DNA from: Pseudomonadota bacterium
GTDB taxonomy: Bacteria; Bdellovibrionota; FAC87; UBA2466
Direction: 5' to 3'
Assembly (NCBI GenBank): GCA_043767805.1
Contig: JAYUGC010000166.1
Location: forward strand, 1 to 22,748
DNA length: 22,748 nucleotides
The notes under the pieces were generated by a model, which saw only the letters and a program-made list of their open reading frames with translations, searched no databases and was not told the origin of the DNA. This document shows, one piece after another, positions 1 to 6,403 of the stretch. A program made the translations under genes and the position numbers. Positions within the stretch are counted from its first letter, which is position 1. Every line of letters starts with the position of its first letter.

Positions 1-478
1 TGAAGTAGCCGAAGCTCGCGTCCATCCCCACCAGCACCACGTAATGTCCGTCTTCCCAGTTATCCACCCAAGGCGTTTTGTCGCCCTCGGTGCGCCAAGC
101 CTGAATGTCCAAAATGATGGTCTCGCCCTGGCTTAGGCCAGCGCGCAGATCGCTCAAGGTCGTCGGCTCCTGAAGGCGGACTGAGAGGCCGTAGGATTTC
201 GCCACGCGGACGAGGGAGTCGGGTGCCGTCCCGTCCTTGGGATCGGTGCCCAACGGTCCAAAAAGTGCGGTCTCTCCCTCGTCGGTTTTCTTCCAATACT
301 GCAAGATGCCGAGAAGCGAAGCCGCTCCGCAGCTGTACTCGGTGGACTGGCGGACGATGGGAACGGGGAGGGCGTCGTTCGGAAGTTGAGCGTTCTGGCG
401 TAAGGGGGAAAAGAATCCGCACAACAAAAGGACTGCCACCAGAACCGGAGCGCCTAATTTTAATGAGAAAGACTTCAA
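1..478 (-). CDS. Secreted C39-family (papain-like) cysteine peptidase, 3' end outside window
   Basis: Not in the ORF track; translated by hand from TTG at 478 (GTG at 502 is an in-frame alternative): MKSFSLKLGAPVLVAVLLLCGFF... (signal peptide-like), VPIVRQSTEYSCGAASL (Q-x5-C-G catalytic Cys motif), ...DNWEDGHYVVLVGMD (catalytic His). The frame stays open to the window edge. Confidence 0.85.
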   Translation of the reverse strand, partial: MKSFSLKLGAPVLVAVLLLCGFFSPLRQNAQLPNDALPVPIVRQSTEYSCGAASLLGILQYWKKTDEGETALFGPLGTDPKDGTAPDSLVRVAKSYGLSVRLQEPTTLSDLRAGLSQGETIILDIQAWRTEGDKTPWVDNWEDGHYVVLVGMDASFGYF

Positions 479-488
479 GGCCTTGAAG
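473..488. repeat. Perfect 16-bp palindrome CTTCAAGGCCTTGAAG over the putative C39 peptidase start
   Basis: Read directly; the sequence equals its own reverse complement. Confidence 0.7.
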
Positions 489-541
489 CTACCCCTAGTC
501 ACCGTCCCAAAACAACGGTTAAGTTTCCGGCATTTGGGCTA

Positions 542-571
542 TCGCAACGCATAAAAAGGTTATGGTATAAC
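542..571 (+). promoter_or_regulatory. Possible sigma70 extended -10 promoter
   Basis: TGgTATAAC at 563-571 (TGn + TATAAC), with a weak -35 TCGCAA at 542-547 (18-bp spacer), in an AT-rich divergent intergenic region. Confidence 0.35.
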
Positions 572-671
572 CCGCCCTCCGCCCGGGGGAGTCTTGGCCA
601 GTTTGATCCTGCCCGCTTGGAAAAATTTACTGGTCTCGTTTTTTTCTCAGGTACCAACGTGCGGGCAAAAA

Positions 672-688
672 ACGGCATGGCTGTTGCT
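672..688 (+). promoter_or_regulatory. Sigma54 (RpoN) -24/-12 promoter of the PPTase-NRPS-barrel operon
   Basis: ACGGCATGGCTGTTGCT versus consensus YTGGCACGRNNNTTGCW. GG at 674-675 and GC at 686-687 have the exact N10 spacing, about 50 nt upstream of ATG 738. An A/T tract lies upstream at 621-646. Confidence 0.65.
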
Positions 689-737
689 GAAGAGTTCTGT
701 CGACGGTTTTTTGAAAAAGGGGTTTTTAGGGAGCGGA

Positions 738-1214
738 ATGAAGTTAAGTGAGGGGAATTCAGCCGGTTTCATCGAGGTGGCGCTGACACCTTTCGACTAC
801 CGGGAAATCAACGATCGCGCGGATTGGCTCGACGAAACTGAGACAGCCAAGCTCAACCAGTTCGTCCGCGAGACCGATCGCCGCCGTTTCGTGGCGAGCC
901 GGGTTTTGCTGCGCGAAACTCTGGCGCGGGCGACCGGCATCAGCCCGGCGAAATGGCGCTTTTCCCTGGAAGAGACCGGGCAGTGGCAAGTGGCCGAGAG
1001 CGCCGAGCTGCCTCAGGTCAGTTTCAGTACTTCCCATTGTGGTAACGCGGTCGCGGTAGCCGTCTCGGACCGCTTCCCCGTGGGCATCGATTTCGAGCCA
1101 CTGGCGCCCGGCACTCTCACATTTCCCATTGATGGCGTCTTAAACGATGCCGAGCCTTCGCAAATCCCAAGGATTGGGACGCAGGTCCTCGAGCTTACGA
1201 CTCCAGAGGAATAA
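738..1214 (+). CDS. Sfp-type 4'-phosphopantetheinyl transferase, C-terminally truncated (possible pseudogene)
   Basis: ATG 738 with AGGGAG SD at 728-733. Motifs DRRRFVASRVLLR, FSTSHC and VGIDFE are present. The ORF ends at 158 aa without the W-x-x-K-E-A motif. Confidence 0.75.
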   Translation: MKLSEGNSAGFIEVALTPFDYREINDRADWLDETETAKLNQFVRETDRRRFVASRVLLRETLARATGISPAKWRFSLEETGQWQVAESAELPQVSFSTSHCGNAVAVAVSDRFPVGIDFEPLAPGTLTFPIDGVLNDAEPSQIPRIGTQVLELTTPEE

Positions 1215-1216
1215 CC

Positions 1217-4200
1217 GTGGAAACGACACTACTCGATAAATCAGCAGCTCCTTTAGCCGGCCTTCGGGTCGGTAAGCAGGTTTCCCTTGGGCAGCACGAA
1301 GTCGGCTGTCTCCACGAGCTTTTCGAAGCTCAAGTGGATGCGACTCCGAACGCGATGGCGCTGATTTGCGGCGCTCGCTCGTGGTCGTATTCCGAGCTCG
1401 ATCGCGCGGCCAATCGCATGGCGCGGCTCTTGAAATTTCACGACGTGGGCCCCGGTCAGCTGGTCGGTCTCTACATGGATCGCTCGCACCTTCCGATTAT
1501 TTCGATTCTCGGCATTTTGAAAGCGGGAGCGGCCTACATTCCCATCGATCCGGTGCACCCGAAGGAGCGCATCCGGCACATTTTGAGCGAATCTCAAGCG
1601 ACGCTTCTGCTGACGGAAGCGGCCCTCCAGGAGCTCGCGAAAGAAAGATTCAGCGGCACGACGCTCGTCGTGGATCGTCTCGGCACCGAGCTTACGGGAC
1701 AACCCGATTGGCGGATGTCCAGACAGGAGACGGGCGCGCAAGCCACGGATCTCGCGTACGTGCTTTATACCTCGGGCACCACGGGTCGCCCCAAGGGCGT
1801 CATGGCGGAGCATCACAATGCCGTTCGCTACGTCCATGCTTTCAACGACGCGTGCCGGACGAGTCCCCTCGACCGGGTGTATCAGGGTTTCTCTCTCAGC
1901 TTCGACGGTTCCGTCGAAGAAATCTGGATGGCGTTCTCGAATGGCTCGGCGTTAGTCGTCGGCTCGAATGAGACGCCTCGCTTCGGTAACGATCTGGCGA
2001 AGTACCTCACCGACATGAACGTGAGTTATTTCTCGACGGTGCCGACGTTGCTTTCGACGATGTCGGACGCCATTCCCACGCTCCGCACGCTGGTGGTCAG
2101 CGGCGAGGCCTGTCCGCCCGAATTGGTGGATAAATGGGCGGGGAACGGCTGCCGCTTCTTGAACGTGTACGGCCCGACGGAGTGCACGGTGAACACGACG
2201 ATCGCGGAGTGCGCTCCGGGCCGTCCGGTTACCATCGGCCGTCCTCTGCGCGGCTATCGTCTCTATATTTTGAACGAGAATCTCGAAGTGGTCGCTGACG
2301 GCGAGAAGGGTGAGCTCTTCATCGGGGGCGACACGCTCGCTCGCGGGTACTTGAAGCAGCCCGAGCTTACCGAAAAGACTTTCATGACCGTGTTTTTCGC
2401 GGGAAGTGACGGACCACAGCGGCTTTATCGCACGGGCGATCTCGTGCGCCGTAACGAAGAGGGCGAGCTCGAGTTCTTCGGCCGCATCGACGGTCAGATC
2501 AAGATCCGCGGCTACCGCGTGGAGCTTTCGGAAATCGAATCGGTCCTTCGCGAATTTCCGGGAATCCGCGTCGCCATCGTGAAGCTCGTGAGCGGGGAAG
2601 AGATCGAGCGGCTCGCGGCTTACGTGGTCTTGGACGACAGCGTTCAGGCAATCGACACGAACGAAGTGCTGACTCTCTTGAAGCGCCGCTTGCCCGATTA
2701 CATGGTGCCGGCGTACCTCGACGTGCTCTCCGAAATGCCGATGCTCGCCAGCGGCAAGGCGGATCGCTCGCGCCTTCCGGAAGCGACTCGTCCTTTGATA
2801 CGGACCGACGCTGAGATCATCGCTCCCGCTACCGAGCTCGAGGCGAATGTCGCGGAAGCCTGGCGCAAGGTGCTGGGCGTGCCGAAAGTTTCCGTCGAAG
2901 CGGACTTCTTCACCGAGCTTGGCGGGCACTCGCTTCTCGCCGCTCAAGTGGTGACGATGCTCCGCAATCAGTTCGGTTTGGACGCCGCCATCCGCGACGC
3001 TTACAAGTTTCCGACGGTACGCCAGTTCGCGGCGCACTTGAAGAGCCGCGCGGCCGAAACCGTCGTCGCTCCCAGGGCCGAAGCGAAGGTTGCTTCGAGC
3101 AAAGCCGTGTTCGAGAGCGTCTCGCCTTTAACTCGCCGTCTGGTTACCGTGGGCCAGGCGCTTTCTCTTTACGTCATCTGGGCCATCCGCGGAGCGCCTT
3201 CCGCTCTCGGGCTCTTGGTTCTCTGGCGTCTTTATTGGGGAGCCCTTTCGGTCGTCGGCGCGATGCAATGGCTCGTTGTCATCGGGCTCGCCGTCGTTCC
3301 GGTGAACCTCGCCATCGGCCTCGGCGCGAAATGGATTCTCATCGGCCGCTACAAAGCCGGCCGTTATCCGCTTTGGGGAGCGTTCTACTTCCGCTGGTGG
3401 CTTGCCAATAAACTGCAGGGGTTCTTAGGCGCGGGGACTTTCGCTGGAACGCCTCTCATGAGCCTCTACTTCCGCCTCATGGGCGCGAAAGTGGGACGCG
3501 GCACGCTCCTCGATACGTCAAAAGGCGCCGCTTGGGACCTCATCTCCATTGGCGACGAGACGAGCATCGGATCGGACAGTCAGCTTCTGGGGTACCGCGT
3601 CGAGGACGGCATGCTAGTACTTGGCAAAGTCGAAATCGGCAGCCGCTGTTTCGTGGGTCTGCATTCGGCGCTGGGCCTCAACGTGCGCATGGAAGACGGC
3701 TCGCGCTTGGACGATCAAAGTCTTCTCCCGGATGGCGAAGTGATTGCCGCCGGGCAGGGGCGCCGCGGATCGCCCGCGCAGCCGGCTGAAGTGCCGGTGC
3801 CGGCAGGTGAACGAGAAGTCATCACCACCAAGAAAACCGTTGCTCTGGCCTTGGGCCAGCTCGTCGCCGGTTCGCTCCTTGGGCTTGCCATGATGCCGCT
3901 CGGCTTGGGTCTCATGGGCGCCTTCGTGTTTGCCTTCTGGAAGGGCGGCATCGCCGTCGGAATTTTGGCGGCGATTCTACTCGTCCCCGTCACCACCCCG
4001 CTTACCTGTTTCTATCTCGCGGGCGTAAAGCGGTTGATTCTAACGGGCGCGACGCCCGGCGTTTATTCCATCTACAGCTTGTACTACGTGCGCAAATGGC
4101 TCGTGGACGGTTTGGTCAGCGCGAGCCGCGCGACGCTCCTTCCGCTTTACACCACGATGTACTTGCCCTCGTTCCTGCGGCTCTTGGGCGCGAAGATCGG

Positions 4201-5239
4201 CAAGCGCGCGGAGCTCTCGACGGTCTGGTACTTCTCTCCCGACATGCTCGTCGCTGAAGACGAGAGCTTCTTCGCCGACGGTTGCATCCTGGGCGGGCGC
4301 CGAACGTTCGGTGGCCGCATGCAACTCGGTATTAACCACATCGGCAAGCGCAGCTTCGTCGGTAACAGCGCCATTCTGCCCATGGGCGGCGGCCTCGGAG
4401 ACAACTGCTTACTCGGCGTGCTTTCCTCGCCGCCCGTCGGAAGCGACCGCACGCCGAATGGAACGGAATGGCTTGGCGTGCCGGCGTTCTCGCTCCCCAA
4501 TCGGCCAAAGCCCTATAGCTTCGACGAAGCGGTCACCTTTCGTCCGACGAAAAAGCTCTACGCTCAGCGCGCCGTCGTCGATGCCATGCGCATCTTGATT
4601 CCGGGTTACGTGAGCCTCGCTGCTTTCCTGGCCGGCCTTGTCTCGATGGGGATGATCTACCGCGGTTTTGGTTTTCTCGTCCTCCTAGCTTTGCTTCCGA
4701 TTATCTCCATGGGGCTCTCGACGCTTACCATTCTGACGGTGGTGCTCTTGAAGGTCGTGGTCATGGGTAAGTTCAAGCCCGTGAAGAAGCCGCTTTGGTC
4801 CATGTACGTATGGCTGAACGAAATGGTGAACGGCGCTTACGAGAGCCTCATGTCGCCGGCGCTGGCGCCGCTTCAGGGCACGCCGTTCGTCGCGCCTTTC
4901 TTGCGGCTCATCGGCTGCAAGATCGGCCGGCACACCTACATCGAGTCCACGCTCTTTTCGGAATGGGATCTCGTCGAAGTGGGCGACTACGCGGCGCTCA
5001 ACCTGGGCTCCATCATCCAGACTCATCTCTTCGAAGATCGCGTGATGAAATCGTCGTATCTCAAGATCGGCGATGAGTGCTCGGTCGGCAATATGGCCGT
5101 GGTCCTGTACGACACCGAGATGCAGCAAGGCGCGAACCTGGCTCCGCTCTCGCTCGTGATGAAGGGTGAGCGTCTGGCGCCGTTCACCAAGTGGCACGGC
5201 ATCCCCACGGTGCAGGTTGGTCACGCGGTGACTCAGTGA
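1217..5239 (+). CDS. Pls/PosA-family single-module membrane NRPS (non-alpha poly-amino-acid synthetase-like)
   Basis: A-domain cores SYSELD, YTSGTTGRPKG, FDGS, NVYGPTE, YRTGD, GRIDGQIKIRGYRVELSEIE and SGKADR. T domain FFTELGGHSL (Ser codon 2930-2932). No C or TE domain. The C-terminus has TM pairs alternating with three hexapeptide/acetyltransferase-like domains (LMGAKVG, LLGAKIG, LIGCKIG; QTHLFEDRVMK). SD AGAGGA precedes the GTG start. Confidence 0.92.
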   Translation: METTLLDKSAAPLAGLRVGKQVSLGQHEVGCLHELFEAQVDATPNAMALICGARSWSYSELDRAANRMARLLKFHDVGPGQLVGLYMDRSHLPIISILGILKAGAAYIPIDPVHPKERIRHILSESQATLLLTEAALQELAKERFSGTTLVVDRLGTELTGQPDWRMSRQETGAQATDLAYVLYTSGTTGRPKGVMAEHHNAVRYVHAFNDACRTSPLDRVYQGFSLSFDGSVEEIWMAFSNGSALVVGSNETPRFGNDLAKYLTDMNVSYFSTVPTLLSTMSDAIPTLRTLVVSGEACPPELVDKWAGNGCRFLNVYGPTECTVNTTIAECAPGRPVTIGRPLRGYRLYILNENLEVVADGEKGELFIGGDTLARGYLKQPELTEKTFMTVFFAGSDGPQRLYRTGDLVRRNEEGELEFFGRIDGQIKIRGYRVELSEIESVLREFPGIRVAIVKLVSGEEIERLAAYVVLDDSVQAIDTNEVLTLLKRRLPDYMVPAYLDVLSEMPMLASGKADRSRLPEATRPLIRTDAEIIAPATELEANVAEAWRKVLGVPKVSVEADFFTELGGHSLLAAQVVTMLRNQFGLDAAIRDAYKFPTVRQFAAHLKSRAAETVVAPRAEAKVASSKAVFESVSPLTRRLVTVGQALSLYVIWAIRGAPSALGLLVLWRLYWGALSVVGAMQWLVVIGLAVVPVNLAIGLGAKWILIGRYKAGRYPLWGAFYFRWWLANKLQGFLGAGTFAGTPLMSLYFRLMGAKVGRGTLLDTSKGAAWDLISIGDETSIGSDSQLLGYRVEDGMLVLGKVEIGSRCFVGLHSALGLNVRMEDGSRLDDQSLLPDGEVIAAGQGRRGSPAQPAEVPVPAGEREVITTKKTVALALGQLVAGSLLGLAMMPLGLGLMGAFVFAFWKGGIAVGILAAILLVPVTTPLTCFYLAGVKRLILTGATPGVYSIYSLYYVRKWLVDGLVSASRATLLPLYTTMYLPSFLRLLGAKIGKRAELSTVWYFSPDMLVAEDESFFADGCILGGRRTFGGRMQLGINHIGKRSFVGNSAILPMGGGLGDNCLLGVLSSPPVGSDRTPNGTEWLGVPAFSLPNRPKPYSFDEAVTFRPTKKLYAQRAVVDAMRILIPGYVSLAAFLAGLVSMGMIYRGFGFLVLLALLPIISMGLSTLTILTVVLLKVVVMGKFKPVKKPLWSMYVWLNEMVNGAYESLMSPALAPLQGTPFVAPFLRLIGCKIGRHTYIESTLFSEWDLVEVGDYAALNLGSIIQTHLFEDRVMKSSYLKIGDECSVGNMAVVLYDTEMQQGANLAPLSLVMKGERLAPFTKWHGIPTVQVGHAVTQ

Positions 5240-6282
5240 GGCGGATTGGCTTTTTAATGTTACTTGCGCTGCTTCTCGTGAGAAGTGTCCCCGCGCCCGC
5301 CGAGGCCAAGGAAGCCGGCCTGACCAAAGCCCTCGTGGCCGAAGATCCGCTTGTCTCTTCCTCTGACGATGAGGACGAGGACGACGAGGATGAGGACGGG
5401 GAAGAGGGCGCGCAGACCGTCGCTTCGGCGGACGAAGACGACGAGGACGAGGAACAAATCGTCGTCAATCCGGCGACCGGCACGGGAGCCACGCTCACGG
5501 CTTCGAGCATGCTGAGAGGGTCCGGGGCTTTGAGCGGGTGGTTCGATCTTCGTCCCAGCTGGAGCGACTCGAGCCGACGTTTTCATTCCGAGAACGAAGC
5601 CGCTCTCGAGTACCGCTTCAAGGAAGATCGCGCGGTCGGCTACACCCAGGAGTTTCGCTCGAACCTCTTAAAGGGAGGCGTCGATAGCGATCGCGACGGC
5701 TTTGAGTTCGAGTTGGGCGATGGCTATCTTTGGGGAGACGTCTCCAATATCCTCGCCAACGACTTGGAGACTTTGACCTTGAGCTGGGAGCCTCGCTTGT
5801 ATCTTCCGACCATGCGCTCCGGGCGAGATTCGGGGATGGTGTTCTCCACCCGGCAATACTTGAAGCTCAACTGGGATGTGCAAGAGCACTTCGCACTCTT
5901 TTTGTGGGACGCACCCATTGGCTACGTCTATTCGGCGGCCGGCTACGACGGAGACGACGGGCTTACCGCCAATCGCGCCTTCGAGAATCGCATCGAGCTA
6001 GGCGCTCGTCTCAGTCTCTTTCAAGACAGGCTGACTCTCCGGCTCCCCGTTATTTTACAAAGTGTCCGGCACCGGAAGTTCGTGGCGGAAGCCACCAATC
6101 ATGACGCGTGGACACATTCGGTCTGGATCCACCCCGAGATCATGGTCCAGGTGGCCGCGAAAACCAGCGTGGGCTTGGCGTACTACAGCGACAGTCTCGC
6201 CGATGAACAACTGGCCAAAGCCGACCTGAGCTCCGGGCTAAAAAGAGGCGTGATCCAGCTAGTTCTCCAGCAGTCGATCTGA
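5236..6282 (+). CDS. Exported protein, putative outer-membrane beta-barrel with polyacidic N-terminal arm
   Basis: GTG 5236 overlaps the NRPS TGA (GTGA). Signal peptide MRRIGFLMLLALLLV...AEA, then D/E tracts, then many amphipathic aromatic-rich strands (ALEYRF, GYTQEF, GYLWG, LSWEPRLY, YLKLNW, RIELG, VGLAYY). Final strand IQLVLQQSI. Confidence 0.65.
   Translation: MRRIGFLMLLALLLVRSVPAPAEAKEAGLTKALVAEDPLVSSSDDEDEDDEDEDGEEGAQTVASADEDDEDEEQIVVNPATGTGATLTASSMLRGSGALSGWFDLRPSWSDSSRRFHSENEAALEYRFKEDRAVGYTQEFRSNLLKGGVDSDRDGFEFELGDGYLWGDVSNILANDLETLTLSWEPRLYLPTMRSGRDSGMVFSTRQYLKLNWDVQEHFALFLWDAPIGYVYSAAGYDGDDGLTANRAFENRIELGARLSLFQDRLTLRLPVILQSVRHRKFVAEATNHDAWTHSVWIHPEIMVQVAAKTSVGLAYYSDSLADEQLAKADLSSGLKRGVIQLVLQQSI
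5365..5454 (+). repeat. Low-complexity GAC/GAG/GAT codon tracts encoding DDEDEDDEDEDGEE and DEDDEDEE
   Basis: 21 Asp/Glu in 30 residues, read directly. Confidence 0.85.
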
Positions 6283-6403
6283 CAGTCTCTCTAATGGTCG
6301 CGCTCGCTTGACTCAGGCGGCTCGCAGTCGCTATGAATGTGGAGTAGGTTGTAGGCGGCTTTCCTTATATTCCGTCGGAAAAATGTGGGAGATTGGAGCC
6401 GAA

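Noticed and set aside
60..486. ORF-track entries 60-422 (-) and 223-486 (+)
   Set aside because: They are alternative frames of the C39 peptidase gene, which carries clear catalytic motifs.
575..737. Possible riboswitch (GGGCAAA resembles c-di-GMP-I) in the NRPS operon leader
   Set aside because: The rest of the conserved aptamer pattern is not visible; an Rfam scan would be needed.
6308..6338. TTGACT -35 element upstream of the kinase gene
   Set aside because: No convincing TAnnnT -10 at a suitable spacing.
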